Shown one piece after another: positions 1-13,600 of a stretch of DNA of 64,000 bases. The notes beneath the pieces were generated by a model. That model was given only the letters and a program-made list of their open reading frames with translations. It had not been told where the DNA came from and did no database searches. Numbering within the stretch: position 1 is the stretch's first letter; every line of letters begins with the position of its first letter. The position numbers and the translations under genes were made by a program. The stretch is taken from the NCBI RefSeq assembly GCF_004010195.1, contig NC_057718.1, forward strand, positions 14,394,588-14,458,587, written 5' to 3'. Origin of the DNA: Chiloscyllium plagiosum. Taxonomy: Eukaryota.

Positions 1-333
1 GGGGAGTTCCTGGACTAGGTGGGATAGGACAGTGTCGAGGTAGGTAGATTTGAGTTCAGTGGGGCAGGAGCATGCTGAGACAATGGGTCGGCCAGGGTGG
101 TCAGGCTTGTGGATCTTGGGAAGGGGGTAGAACCGGGCAGTGCGGGGTTCCTGGACTATGAGGTTGGAAGCTGTGGGTGGGAGATCTCCTGGGGTGATGA
201 GGTTCTGTATGGTCTGGGAGATGATGGTTTGGTGATGGGGGGTGGGGTCATGGTCAAGGGGGCGGTAGGAAGAGGTGTCCTCGAGTTGGCGTTTGGCTTC
301 AGCGATGTAGAGGTCAGTGCGCCAGACTACCAC
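1..333 (-). mobile_element. Penelope-like retroelement, N-terminal reverse transcriptase fragment (runs off the window start)
   Basis: My translation of the minus strand is open for 111 codons: VVVWRTDLYIAEAKRQLEDTSSY...ARFYPLPKIHKPDHPGRPIVSACSCPTE. FY-LPKIHK and GRPIVS are typical Penelope-like RT motifs. Confidence 0.85.
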
Positions 334-559
334 TTTTGGCTTCAGCGATGTAGAGGTCACTGAGCCACCATGCCTGGTAAGCCTTTCCAGTCTATTTATG
401 ATTAGATCTATGGGACTTCCTAACCATCACCCGGGGACGCCTCTTGATGACAGACGATCTGTGACTCCGTGGGTACCACTCGCTTCTCTATTGGAAAGCT
501 ATGACTGAGTCCAACTCCCACTCTAGAGAGATCCGATTACAGAAAGCACAGCTGATCCT

Positions 560-1050
560 CCCAGTACCGTACAGTGGGAGTGCTACAACGTTGAAATTGT
601 CATGTTTCAGAGAACGTTGAACCTGTCAACTCTTTCAAGTTGATATAAAAGATCCCATGGCATTAATTTTTATTTTGAAAAGGGAATCTGCCTTGGTGCC
701 CTGGCAAATATTCAATATAATATGGAGTATTTGGATGTGCATTTGCAATGCCAAGGCTATGGGCCAATTGCTGGAAAATGGGATTAGCATGGTTAGGTGT
801 TTGTTTCTGACTAGCTCAGACTCAATGGACCGAAGGACCTTTTTCTGCACTGTAGACCTCTATGACTAATTATTACAGATAATCTGGTCATTTTACTTCT
901 GGTTTCTGGTCACTACTGCAGTGTGATTGGTGGGATATTGTTGTGTATATGTTGGCTGCAGTATTTTCTACATTACACTAGTCATGCACGTCAAAAGTAT
1001 TCCTTTAGCTTTAAAGGACATTGAGAACTCCTGAGATGAAGAGTTCTAGA
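560..1050 (+). mobile_element. Deu-domain (AmnSINE/SacSINE-like) SINE remnant, interrupted by a CR1 3' tail (~745-866)
   Basis: Contains cagtac..gggagtgct..gttgaacc..taaaagatcccatggca. Related copies lie at ~28375-28690 (+), ~34400-34530 (+), and on the minus strand at ~6590-6830, ~9200-9510, ~22140-22450 and ~61625-61760. Confidence 0.55.
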
Positions 1051-2009
1051 TAAAACCAAGCCTGTGTTTTCTCCTCAGTCACATATTCAATCTCATTAGA
1101 AACTTTGACACTTATTTCAGTGTCTGATTCTTGTAATTTAAGAGAGAGTTTGTTTCCTTTGGGAGTTAATTTGGAAAAATCACCTGTTATACATCGGTGT
1201 CCTTGTATAACTGGGATAAACATTTCTAGACTTGTGTGGTTGTTTTAAGTTCTGAGGGAGAAGAAGGCACTTGGCAAAAGTAGGGAGTGTTTATAAAATC
1301 ATATACTATATCATCACAATCATCAATCATTATGTATTCTGTCTCTCTTCATGGTCTCTCTTTAGTGGAATAAAAGGGTTCAAATTTTACAGTTAAAATA
1401 TCTCTGATTAAATCATTTCCTTTTTGTAATAAGTACAGAAAGAGTTTATTTTGATGTATTCTCCTTTCGTTGGTAGCTCCCTACCAGTCTACAGTACAGT
1501 ATTGTCATCATTTCTTCTCCCGCGTAAGCTGCAAGAGGATGCTATACGCACAAGCTGCTGTTTGGGAGGTAGACAGATTTGGAAATGACAACTGTGGACA
1601 AAATCATTTCTAGTAAATGTTGCACTTACAAACCCACAGATCACATCAGATAGAAAACAATCTGCTTATTCATCCAACCTGCCCCCCCCCCCCCCACCAT
1701 AATCCATATTTATATTGCATCATGATATAGATAACACCCACTGCTCTAAAAATCAGGAGTAGGAGAGAATATTATTCATTTGCTTGGATGAGCTCAGCTC
1801 TAACAAAACACTCAATTTTCTAAAAACGTTACGGTGCTGAAGGAGACCATTTGGCCCATTATATCTGCACTGGTTCTGCAAATAAGCATCCTAACTTAGT
1901 GCAATTCTGTATACCTTTGCATGTGCTTGAATGCCTCAATTCAACCTGCCCTCACCAAACTTCCAGGCAATGCATCCCAGACCTAAAGCCACACATAGTG
2001 TGAAATGCA

Positions 2010-2400
2010 AACTTTGACTCCATCCAGGAGAAAGCAACCTGCTTATTTGGCACTCCATCCACCACCTTCAACATCCAGTTCCTCCAATAACACTTGAAGC
2101 AGTGGTGTGTACCATCTATAAGATGCACTGCAGTAATTCACCAAGGCTCCTTTGAGCACCTTCTAAACAATGACCATTGCCATCCAGAAGGACAAGGGCA
2201 GCAAATATATAGGAGCACCACTACCCACAAGACCCCCCTCCAAGCCGCTCACCATCCTGACTTGGAAATATATTGCCATTCCTTCAATATTGTGAGGTCA
2301 AAATCACAGAACTCCCTCCCTCCCAGTGTCGCAGGTCTGCTTACACCAAACAGTCAGCAGTGGTTCAACAGTGCGACTCAAGGGCAGCTATGATACACAC
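2010..2400 (+). mobile_element. 3' fragment of a second LINE family (CR1/L2 clade)
   Basis: The block ttgactccatccagga..aagatgcactgcag..tcaagggcagc recurs inverted at ~35985-36310, ~42230-42510 and ~44370-44560. Confidence 0.6.
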
Positions 2401-3190
2401 ATCCAAAGGAGGAATAAATGAAAGTAAACTCACATTATTATCTCCTGGGAGATTAATACACAGGCCAACTTGGAGAGGAAAAGATTTTTGGGAACTTTTC
2501 TCTGACCGCCCTCCAGGCCTCCTGGGAGATTGGATTGAGGTGAGAGGACCATTCTGGTCGTGATAGTGGCCGAGCTTTGGGAGTGTATCTTAACTGATTT
2601 TTATGCCTCAGTGTGTGATCCTGCAGAGCATTGATAAAAAGGCACAATGTGATTTTCCATTACATTCCAAGATAGGTATGTTACTAGGCTGAGGTCAAAG
2701 GGCATGGGTCACCCACAATCTCTGTAGTGGTTAGAAGGTTAACTCTGAGGGAAGGGCATGAAGGGACAGGGATGCCACGGTAGCTGTCATTTCCACCATG
2801 CAGTGTTGGTGTTGATGGGGTTCAAGAGGAGAGTCGAGTTGTAGAACATAAGGAAAAAGGAATCAAATCTAGACTGCTCCCAGTGAACCTGAGAGGTTGG
2901 CAAACTGGATCTGGTGGTGTTTATTATTTTTACATTAGTAATCAGAATCTCATTGAACGTAGTGAAAGCCTTTTGCATGCAGCAGATGCGGGACCCGTGG
3001 TGAGTGATTGAGCAACTATGTGAAATATTCAGCCAAGCAATAAGCCAAGTTTTGACATGGCAAGAAAGCTCTTCCATACTCAACAAACAGCAAGGCAGGA
3101 ATGTCACCGGGAGAGGTTTTAGCTTCGAAATCTTTGCAACGTAGAATTTATGTAGCGCTCAAGACATTGTAAACTTCAGTGAGGATATTG

Positions 3191-3457
3191 GTGTGTACAT
3201 GTTTGTGTGTCAGTGTGTGTTTGTGTGTCAGTATGTTTGTGTGTGTCAGTTTGTGTGTCTGTGTTTGTGTGGGCCAGCCTGTTTGTGTCAGTATGTGTGT
3301 GTGTCAGCAGGCATCAGTGTGTGTTTGTGTGTCTGCGTGTCAGCATATGTTGTGTGTGCGTCTGTTAGTGCGTCAGTGTTTGTGTGGATGTATCTGTGTG
3401 TGTCACTGTGTTTGTGTGTCTGTGTGTCATTATATGTGTGTATCAGCGTATGTGTGA
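3191..3457. repeat. Degenerate (TG)n-rich low-complexity microsatellite
   Basis: Run of gtgtgt, ttgtgtgt and gtcagt units visible directly. Confidence 0.95.
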
Positions 3458-4207
3458 GATTGAGAGCTGTGATATTTATTAAATGCATGCATTCTTCCTC
3501 CAAGAGAGAGGAAAACAACAGAACGTTATAGTTATTTTGAATGAAATCGTTATAGTTTAAGGGAAGTTTGATATCAATTTAATCTTCCTCCAAGTCCTAT
3601 GGTCAATTCTTAGGTTTCACAGCATGTTTGCAACATACTAACTGATCTGTGTAAGCTCCACAAAAGTCCCCTTCCAGCCCCACCATCTGATCCCATCAAC
3701 ATATCATTCTATTTCCTTTGGGTGTTTATCCCAACCATCCTCACCATCCCATACCTTTGTCTTATTCACCTCACCGACTCCTTGTGCTAGTGATTTGCAC
3801 TTTCTCGCCACACTCTGAGTAACCTGTATTCACTGTATTAGTGACCATCTTATACCTGTGCCCCTTGGTTCTAGTTTCTCCCCAGGTATGGAAGCATCAT
3901 CTCTACATCTACCCTGTCAAACTCATCCACAGAATAATCTTGATGATCTCTATATGGCCACTATTCAGTATTTTCTCTGGACATCATAAACCTTTAGTGA
4001 GGAATTTTGTGTGTCATAGCCTTTTCAATCTTTCCAGATTATGATAACCCTCTCTTTTTTTTCTTGCACCTTTTGCAGTCCCTCTACATCCCTCTTGACA
4101 ATGTTGCAGTCAGAGGTGTGTGTGATTTTGTGAGCATGCACATTTCTGAGGGGCAGGAGGAGGCCATTCAGCCCCTCGAGCCTGCTGTGTTGTTCAATAA
4201 GATCTGG

Positions 4208-4339
4208 CTGATGTGATTGTAACTAGGAGAAAGTGATGAAGGGCTTATGCCTGAAACGTCGATTTTCTTGCTCCTCGGATGCTGCCTGACCTGCTGTGCT
4301 TTTCCAGAAACACACTCTCGACTCTGATGTGATTGTAAC
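4208..4339 (+). mobile_element. Penelope-like terminal-repeat (pLTR) fragment with a broken hammerhead core and 16-bp target duplication
   Basis: CTGATGTGATTGTAAC occurs at 4208-4223 and 4324-4339. The insert is aggagaaagtga fused to tgaagggcttatgcctgaaacgtcga. Confidence 0.8.
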
Positions 4340-4675
4340 ATCAAACCCACATTCGCAAATAACCCTTATTAATCAAGAAACTATCTATCTCTGCCTTAAA
4401 AAATACACAGTGGCCTCATCTCCATTCTCTGGTGAAGTGAGTTCCATAGACTCTCAACCCTCCAAGAGAAGAAAATCCCCTCATCTCTGTCTTCAATGAG
4501 TTACTTTTAAACTGTGTCCCGTAGGTCTGTTGTCTCCTGCAAAGGGATACATCATCTCAGCAAACCAGCACCACCACCAACCAGACCACCAACCCCCCCC
4601 TCCAACCAATCTTACATGTGGTGGCAGTAAATGCTTCAGGTTATTCAGTGCCATCTTGTTGCTTTACCATTTCAG

Positions 4676-4838
4676 GGAGAGCAAGCTCACCATGTTGCTG
4701 CGGGAATCTCTTGGCAACCTGAATTGCCGGACCACCATGATCGCCCACATCTCGGCTTCCTCCAGCAACTACTCTGAAACCCTGTCCACCATCCAGATCG
4801 CGTCGCGGGTCCTCCGAATGAAGAAGAAGAAGACAAAG
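4676..4838 (+). CDS. KIF26B: KIF26B internal exon, end of the kinesin motor domain
   Basis: Acceptor tttcag|G, donor AAG|gtacat. Encodes [54 protein letters not shown], the KIF26-type motor C-terminus. Joins 10660 in phase 0. Confidence 0.95.
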
Positions 4839-5044
4839 GTACATGAGAGCTCTGCATACTTATAAAACCAGGTCACACGTGGTGTTCAGCTGTCTAACTA
4901 TTTATTTATTCCTCGCGATCAAGTGAGTGTATATTGTAATGACTGAGTTAAATTGTCAGGCTGGGAGGCTGAAAACAATTTTCACTTCTGACCCTCTGAT
5001 CTAAAGTTTCAAATTCTTATTCTTGTGTTCACATCCCTCCATAA

Positions 5045-5380
5045 TTTGATTTGATTTGATTTATTATTGTCACCCGTACCGAGATAAGAGTGAAAAGTAT
5101 TGTGTTCCATGCCATCCAGACAAATCATACCTTACATAGGTACATCAGGGTAACTGAGCAGAATGCAGAATGTCGTGTTACAGTTACAGAGAAGTTATAG
5201 AGAAAGATCAACTCTAATATACAAGATGTCCGTTTGGACGTCTGATAACAGCTGCTCTTGAATCTGCTGGTCTGTGTTTTCAAACTTTTGCATCATCTGC
5301 CCAATGAAAGATGGTGGAAGAGAGTTATAACCACGGTGGGAGGGGTCTGTGATTATGCTGGCTGCTTTCCCAAGGCAGTG
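5045..5380 (-). mobile_element. Rex1/Babar-like LINE 3' fragment
   Basis: (tttga)n tail followed by ttattattgtcac. Homologous to 37995-38580 and 61980-62550. Confidence 0.7.
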
Positions 5381-7922
5381 TAGACAAGGAACAAGAGTAG
5401 ACCACTCGGCCCTTCCACCCTGCTCTGCCATTCAATTAGATCGTGGCTGGTCTGCTTTTAGGCTCCGCTGCGTATTCCTGATAATCTTTCAGTCATCAAG
5501 AATCTAACTGCTTAAAAACGTTTAAAAATTCTGCATCAACTACCTTTCGAGGAAAGGGTTTCCAAAGGCTCTCAACCCTCTAAAACAAACAAAAAGGTTT
5601 CCTCATCTTGTTTTAAATGGACAACCCCTTTATTTTTAAACTGTGACCCCTGTTTCTAGATTGACCCTTAAGAGGAATCATCATTTCCACATCCACCCAC
5701 TCAGGTTCACTCAGGATCTTATATGTTTCAATTAAGTCACCTCTGACTCTTCTGAACTCGAGAGGATACAGGCCTAGCCAGTCTGTAGGGTTTCACAAGA
5801 CAATCCACTCATTCCAGGTATTAGTCAAATAAACATTCTTTGAACTGCTCTTGACTAATAACCTTCTCTCTTCCTGCTTGGGAATCACTTTATTTGAAAA
5901 TTATCTCCTGGGATAGGAGTGTGGCTGGCATAGGCCTGCATTCGTTGCCCAATCCAAACTGCCCCTTGAGAAAATAGTGATGAGCCGCCATCTTGAACCC
6001 ATTTCTATGCATGTGGTCCAGGCATAGTCTGGATTTTAATCGCTGCACCATTGGTATTAGCACTAGATTAGTAAAATACACTATGCTCATAGACCATGAG
6101 ATCAAATCCCACTAGTGAAACTTGAATTCAATAAAATAAAGTCTGGAATAAAATGTTAGCCTTTTACTGGCTGTTTAACCACTGTCAATTGTTGTAAATC
6201 CTGCCTGGTTCACTAATGCCCTTTAGGGACAGCAATCTGCCATCCCTACCTGGTCTGGCCTGCATGTGACTCCAGACCCATTGCAATGTGATTTTCCCTT
6301 AATTGCTGTCTGCACATCTGAGGAGTATTCATTGGCTGTACACAACAGGCCATAACCTGGCTACACACTGCCAATGATGTTCAAATATGAGTAATTGTTA
6401 CTTGTACATAACACTGCTCTGAGGAGATGACAACCTACTTTAGACTGAAGTGCAGTGTGCCCCTTTCACCCTGTAATTATCAACTAACTATCGCATGATG
6501 AGATCCTGTGTGGGCATGTAAAAGCCAGTTAGTGCACTTGACTTAGTACAACAAAGATTCAGGTGGGGATGTAGTGTTAACCATGAGGTAAGACTTGTAT
6601 TTATGTCAAGTTTTCCACCAATCCGGGACTTCTCAAAGGCTGTTTGTACAGATGATGCAGCACTTTAAAAAGTGTAGGCACTGCTATAATTCAGGAACAC
6701 AGCAGCCAGTTTGTACACAACAATCTCCTACACTCTGCAATGTGACAGTGACCACATCCTCTGTTGTTGTGATGTTTATTCGGGGAGGAATATTGACTGG
6801 AACATCATGGAAGACTCTACTGCTCTTCTTCAAGTCTTCACTGCTTAACAACTCAAATAAAAGGAAAACACTTGAAAAATGTATTCATGGGACAAAGGTC
6901 ACTGGCTAGGCCCTAATTGCCCAGAGGACAGTTGAGAATCAACCACCCTGATGTGGGTCTGGAGGCACAAGCAGGCCAGATCAGGTAAGGACGACACATT
7001 TCCTTCCCTAGAGGATATTGGATATTGCCAATGGCGCCTACATCCCAGAAAGGAACACAAAGAAAAATCCTCCTGGCTTGATGCTCCATTACTGAGGGAG
7101 TACTAGATGTGGATCATGTAAATCCTATCTGCTATCTTGAGTAGGTGTCATAGAACTGGTGGTCATTATTCACAGGACAGCAGGGGAGATCTCCTGGCAA
7201 ACGTTCATCTCTCAGTCTGAAGCTGTTGCCGACTGGCTGAGCTGAGTGGATGAAATGGGGCATGTCACCATGGCTACCTGGAAGGAGGGGTGGGATCTGA
7301 CTTTGCCAGTTTAACTGCAAAACACACACGCCTCAATTCATTGGCAGCAGGCCCTGGCAGTGGGTAAACCTTCATTTCACCTTGCCTCTCCCCCCACCTC
7401 ATCTTCAGAATGACCCAGCTCACTCAGTTGTGATTGAATCTGGTGGAACTGAACACTTCTGTGACAGCTACCACCGACTCGGCAGAGCTCAGGAGCTGGT
7501 AATCCACCAAATCCAATGGTAGCAACAGACCTGAGTCCCCAAAGCCACGATGTGCAGCAGCTGATCAAACTGTGCAGTACAGTCACTGTGCTGGGGGTTT
7601 GTGGGGACTCGCAATCACAGTTACCTCATATAGGCATGTGACCATTTGTAGCAACTTCCATATAGTCTGAGTTGATTAAGAACCAGCAGATAGATTATTT
7701 AAGAGGAAGTATACACGATGACAGTTGGGGATTGTGCACCAATCCCAGAGGCTCTGGGCATGGAATGTGTCAGTCTAATTAAAATTGTGAAAGCAGCATC
7801 CTGCACTCTCACCAAGGTGGTGAGGAACTCTTCCCTGGGTCATCTTCCTTTTCTTCTTCTGGTCCATCTTCCATTTGGAGAAGACAGCTCTCTCTGACAA
7901 GGCCAGCTGCCTACATGGATGG

Positions 7923-8114
7923 CCCAATGAAGACCACCCGATGAGGACCACCTGATGAAGACTGCCTATTGAGGACCCATGATGAGGACTGCCCAATAAG
8001 GATCTCCCGATGAGAACCACCTGATGAGGACTGCTAAATGAGGATGGCCCAATGAGGGAGGCCCAATGAAGACAGCCCAATGAGGACCACCCAATGAGGA
8101 ATGCCCCAATGAGG
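7923..8114. repeat. Degenerate 14-bp minisatellite (~14 copies, consensus CCCAATGAGGACCA)
   Basis: Units read directly: cccaatgaagacca, cccgatgaggacca, cctgatgaagactg and so on. Confidence 0.85.
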
Positions 8115-8204
8115 TCTGTCCTCTGCTCTTGGGTACGTGTTGGTACATCCTGATTCCAGGGACTGGTAGATTCCACTACATCGATCAATTGTCTAAATCC
8201 TTTA

Positions 8205-8585
8205 GGACATTATAGAGGTTTCTCAAATCATGAGGGGCATGGATAGAGTAAATAAATAAGGTCTTTTCCCTAGGTTGGGGGGAGTCCAGAACTAGAGGGC
8301 ATAGGTTTAGGGTGAGAGGGAAAAGATATAAAAGGGACCTAAGGGGCAACTTTTTCACGCAGAGGGTGGTGCGTGTATGGAATGAGCTGCCAGAGGAAGT
8401 GGTGGAGGCTGGTACAATTGCAGCAATTAAAAGGCATCTGGATGGGTACATGAATAGGAAGGGTTTGGAGGGATATGGGCCGGGTGCTGGCAGGTGGGAC
8501 TAGATTGGGTTGAGATATCTGGTCAGCGTGGATGGGTTGGACTGTAGAGTCTGTTTCCATACTGTACATCTCTATGACTCCATGA
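8205..8585 (+). mobile_element. CR1/HER1-like LINE 3' end
   Basis: Encodes RGNFFTQRVVRVWNELPEEVVEAGTI (CR1 ORF2 C-terminus) and ends in the tail ..tctgtttccatactgtacatctctatgactc. Confidence 0.9.
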
Positions 8586-10229
8586 CCATAATCAGTTGTT
8601 CATGATGCTTGGGATGACAGCTCTCTGCTTACCTGCATTTATTGGAAAATTAGTTTACATTCCTCTGGAAAACAAAACTTCCTTATTTTTCTAAAACACT
8701 GTGTTTGTAATAGGAAAATGGCCTGTTCTGTTCTCATTCCTGGCCACAAAATACAGATATCTGCCCATCTGAGGATCCAGTAGCTGCTGTCCGTTAGTAA
8801 ATAGGCGTGGTGAAAATAAATGGAAAGGGGTTCCTTCCTTATGACAGCCTCATAATACTTTGTAATCTCTCTGTGCGATAAATCAAAGGCTGGTGTAAAT
8901 TGCATACAACATGTCTCAGTATGTTTTCATGCCATCCTACAATAACCACAATTCATCCTCTGCCTGTTCACGGCATGGATTTGTTAACATGGGCCAGGCT
9001 GTGTCCCACCATTTCCTACACGTCAATGTGGCCCATGGACAGGCAGTGACCCAGCATTGGGCCTGGGCAGGGCAGGGCAGAGCAGGAGTGTTTGTCCTGG
9101 AGGCCTAGCAGCCTGACCTGCCACTGAATCCACCCTGTGGGTGTTGTGTTTCAGCTAAAAGAACCAACATTTCTGCTTCTCCAGGCATCCGCATGCCCCA
9201 AAACACCGTGCAGCCAATAGGGTACCTCACAGGCGTAGTCACTGCAAGAGTTTAACAAACTTGGCAGTCAATTACACGCATCACAACATCCCATCAACTA
9301 ACTCTCTGTGATCAATGACCAGACAACCTGTTTTGAATGTTGTGCCATTGGGAGAACTGCTCCCCCATTTCTCAGTGTACAATTTTTTGATCTTGACACA
9401 AAGGGCAGAAGGTCACATATCCCTCTCCCTCCCAACCCACAGTTTAACAACTCATTGGCACGTTGACACCTCTGACAGTGCAGCACCCTGTTTGGTACTG
9501 CACTGGGGTGTCAGCTTAAATTCGATATTCAGGGGCCTCTGGTACAGCTCGCGAGCCCAATGTCATTCAGCAGGGCAAGTGCGATCTGCTGAGTCCAAGT
9601 TGGAATCTGGTTCCATCACTTCCAATTCAGAGTTACATGGAAACATAGGAACAGGAAGAGGCCATTCAGCCCTTTTGGAAACTACTCTGCCATTCCACTT
9701 CATGGCTGATCATCAACCGCAATGCCACTTGCCCACGTAATCTCCATATCTGTAAATTAACTGTCTCTGGACATCTGTCTACCTCTGTCTTGAACACATC
9801 CAATGGCTGAGCCCATTGGAACAGGAAATTCCAGAGACTCACCATCCTCTCAGTGAAGAGATTTTTCTCCATCCCAGTTTTCACTCGTCAACTCCTCATT
9901 CTGTTGCCGTTTTCTGGAGGAAAAAAATCAATCTGGAATGAAGAACCTAAGGATGGCACTAAAACTGTTGTCAATTCTTGCAAAGGCTCAGTTGCTTCAC
10001 TAGTATTCTTGAGGGAGGGAAGCTCTCATCCTTGTCTGGTCTGCTCTACTCCAGACCCACAGCAGTATGGTTCATTCTTAACTGCCCTCTGGGCAGTTAG
10101 AGATGGACAATAAATGGTGATTCAGTCAATGATGACCTCATCCCGTGAATGAGATTATAAAAATATTGCTCGTGAAATGAGCTGGTGATTTCTCACTCAA
10201 GGAAAGACTGATATGCACAATGTGATTTG

Positions 10230-10570
10230 TTTTCCTTTATTCATTCTTGGGATGAGGGTGTCACCAGCTCCACCATGTTTATTACACATCCCTAATTGCC
10301 CAAAGGGCAGTTCAGAGTCAACCACCTTGCTGTGGGTCTGAAGTCACATGTAGACCAGACCAGGTAAGGATGGCAGTTTTCTTCTCTGAAGGACATTAGT
10401 GAGTCAGATGGGATTTTCCAACAATTGATTCATGGTCATTATTAGATTCATAATTCCAGATTTTTATTGAGTTCAGTTTCCACCATCTGCCGTGGCAGGA
10501 TTTGAATCCAGGTCCCCAGAACATTACTTCAGTCTCTGGGTTAACCAGTGATAATACCACTAGGTCATCG
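10230..10570 (-). mobile_element. tRNA-derived SINE of a second family, with a tail like the 3' end of the 2010-2400 LINE family
   Basis: Shared core ctggttcactaatg..cctacatgtgactccagacccacagcaa. Other copies at ~6050-6310, ~15005-15360, ~22575-23060, ~24530-24810 and ~55250-55510. Confidence 0.6.
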
Positions 10571-10659
10571 CCTCCCCTTAATTGCATGTTCTAAGTGGTA
10601 ATTGGAGTTGGGGTTTGTACACAGTTAATCACTCACTGTCTTCTGCTCTCTGACTGCAG

Positions 10660-13600
10660 TACACCTCCAGTTCATCCGGGGGCGAGAGTTCCTGCGAGGA
10701 AGGAAGGATGCGCCGGCCCACACAACTCCGACCATTCCACCCGAGAGGAGCAGGGGACACGGACCTCCCCATCTTAAACTTGTCGAGTGACCCAGACTAC
10801 TCGTCCAGCAGCGAGCAATCGTGCGACACTGTCATCTACGTGGGCCCCAATGGCACCGCCCTGAGTGATAAGGAGCTGACCGACAACGAGGGGCCGCCCG
10901 ACTTTGTGCCCATTATTCCCTCGCTGCAGAAGAACAAGAATGAGGCAAGGCCCGAGGTTGGCACTGAGCCTGTGCCAGTACTCCCCGAGAAGGACTGCCT
11001 GAAGTGTAACACCTTTGCTGAGCTGCAGGAGCGGCTTGAGTGCATCGATGGCAGCGAGGAGCCTGACAGATTCCCCTTTGAGGAGCTTCCTTGCAGCGAG
11101 CAGCCTGGGAAGGGCGAGGAGGCACAGGCCCAGAGGGCAGAGGCCCAACAAGGGCTGGGACTGAACTCAGCACACTGGGCTCCTGAGGAGAACACAGAGG
11201 ACGCGGGTCCTGGCGTATTGCGACCTCAGGCCGCCCAATCCCCTGTGCCGCAAGGCAGTGGTGGTTCCGCACCATCCTCCCCCAGGAGTGTCATGGGAGG
11301 CAGCAGCACTCAACTGAACGTGTCAAGGAGTCAGAGCACCAAGGAGGTCCCACACAGTAGCGGCAGCGCGGAGGTTAAACCCAGACCCATGGGCTCCCCA
11401 AGGCTTGGGATAGCAAGCCTCTCGAAGAGCTCTGACTACAAACCCCAACATTCACCCTCCCAGCGTTGCAAGGTATACACCCAGAAGGGGTCGTTGCTCA
11501 GCACAGCTCCTCCCCCACCCCAGACACCGACCAGGGACTGCAGGAGGGCCTGCGGTGAGCTCCTAGAGCAGCCTGAAATCAGGGCAGCCCCTGTGGGAAT
11601 GAGCCCCCAAGTGGTGAAGAGACCTGTGTCCTCGGGCACACAGTACTCGCAGGACGCTGCATTCTCAGACCAAGAGCAGGAACTGGCGGACAACGGCAAG
11701 ACCGAAATGATGAGCCGGGCCACAGTCACCTTGCAGCAGCCCCTGGAACTGAACGGGGAGGACGAACTGGTGTTCACTCTGGTCGAGGAGTTGACCATCA
11801 GCGGCATCCTGGAGAACGGGCGCCCCACTAGTATCATCAGCTTCAATAGCGACTGCTCGGTGCAGGCCTTAGCCTCAGGCTCCAGGCCTGTCAGCATCAT
11901 CAGCAGCATCAACGAGGACCTGGACTGCTATTCGACTGCTAGCCCCTTCTCCGAAGTCAGCATCACCAAGTTCCTGCCGTTCCCCAAGCCAGGCCTTGAC
12001 GAGAAAGTCTTGGTTTCCAGCAGCCGTCGCTCGTCCATTAGCTCCTGGCTCAGTGAGATGAGCACTGGGAGTGATGGCGAGCAGTCCTGCCACAGTTTTG
12101 TCACCCAGACCTGCAGCGGCAATGGTGAAGCCTTGGCCGACCCCTCACTGCTGGATGTGGCAGGCAGTCACCAGGAGGAGTGCGTGGCGTACACGCGGAG
12201 TGGGAAGTACTCCGTCATGGACAAGTTCTTCAGCATGTCGGAGAAGGCCGGAGAGGCCAAAGGCCTGTACCAGATTGCTGCCAACCAGAACTGCAAGATC
12301 GCGGCGCTGGGGAAGACGACAGTTCGAATATCGAACGCCTCGGGACTGCCCAGGGCCGAGGGCTGTTTTCCCATCAAGACGAACATTTCAGTGCACCCCT
12401 GCATCAGGCTGAAGCAGATGCATTTCCCCGACCAGAGTGACATGTTGGCGTCTGTCCGCTGTCCTCCCGTGTCCCCCCACCATCGCCATGGCAAAGCTGC
12501 CGGCACCTCGCAGGACATGACCTTTGACGACCCGTGGTTGAAGCGCGAGGAGGAGGAGGAGGAGGAGGAGGAGGAAGACGGCGAAGAGGAGGAGCTGGAG
12601 GATGCTGGGCTGGACGGAGGTGAGAGTGTTGATCCAGGGGGGAGTCAGAAGCTGACCTCAGCGGAGAGCCTGTGCAGTGGCAGGGCTGAAACCCCTGTCT
12701 CCCCCATGCGGGGAGATCCGGCCAAGAGGGTGGTGGATGGCTGTGAGATGGCACTGACCACTTCCTGCAGCCAGAGCTCCACCCTCTCGTTGGACAGTCT
12801 GAAGGAGGGCAACCTGTCCCGGGCACTGCAGCGCCCGCTGCTGGCCAAACAAGACCAGCTGGAAGGCGCCTCCCTCAGGCCGCTGTGCCTCTCTGCAGAG
12901 AGCAGCAGCACCTCAGCCACGACGTCACAGGCGTCCACCCCCTGCAGCCCTAAGGCCACCCTGGAGAGGAGGGTGGGCTCCCCCAACAAGCACAGCCTGC
13001 TGCCCTCCCGGCCCAAAGGGATGCCCCCGCTGCCTCCCGTCAGGAAGTCGAGCCTCGATCAGAGGAACAGAGCCAGTGTCCAGCACACGCCGGCCGGCAG
13101 CAGCTCCTTGACCCAGGTTACACCGACGTCGGCAGCTACACCAGACGAAGGCAGTGCCCCCTTCAAAGCCAAGGCCCCCAACTTGGAGAATTGTAGCAAA
13201 GCGAGCAGTGGGAAAGACGAGCTGTTCAGCAGCCGGCCTAACTCCCTCAACAGGCGGTATGCTGGCCAGTACGAGTGCCTGTCTTTGGAGAGGGCGGGGA
13301 GCTTGACGTCCATGGGGTCAAAGGTCAATGCGTCCCGCGACAGCACGATGCCTCGTACGGGCCGGAGCTTGAATCGCGCCGCCGTGTCTTCGCCCACGCA
13401 GCCTTGCACTCCGCCATCACTGGGCACCTCCCCAAAGTCCAGTGCCTCCAAGATGTCGGCGGTCAGCAAGCTGCTCCTGGCTGGCCCCAAGTCACGGAGC
13501 CTTTCAGCGTCCACCACCAAGACACTGAGCTTCTCCACCAAGTCGCTGCCTCAGTCCGTCGGCCGCAGCTCCAGCATGCCGTCCAACTCGAAGAACATGT

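Noticed and set aside
3179..3531. Cys/Val-rich ORFs
   Set aside because: They are translations of a TG microsatellite.
7950..8030. CTGATGA motifs as hammerhead cores or snoRNA boxes
   Set aside because: They are minisatellite unit variants with no stem II or GAAA partner.
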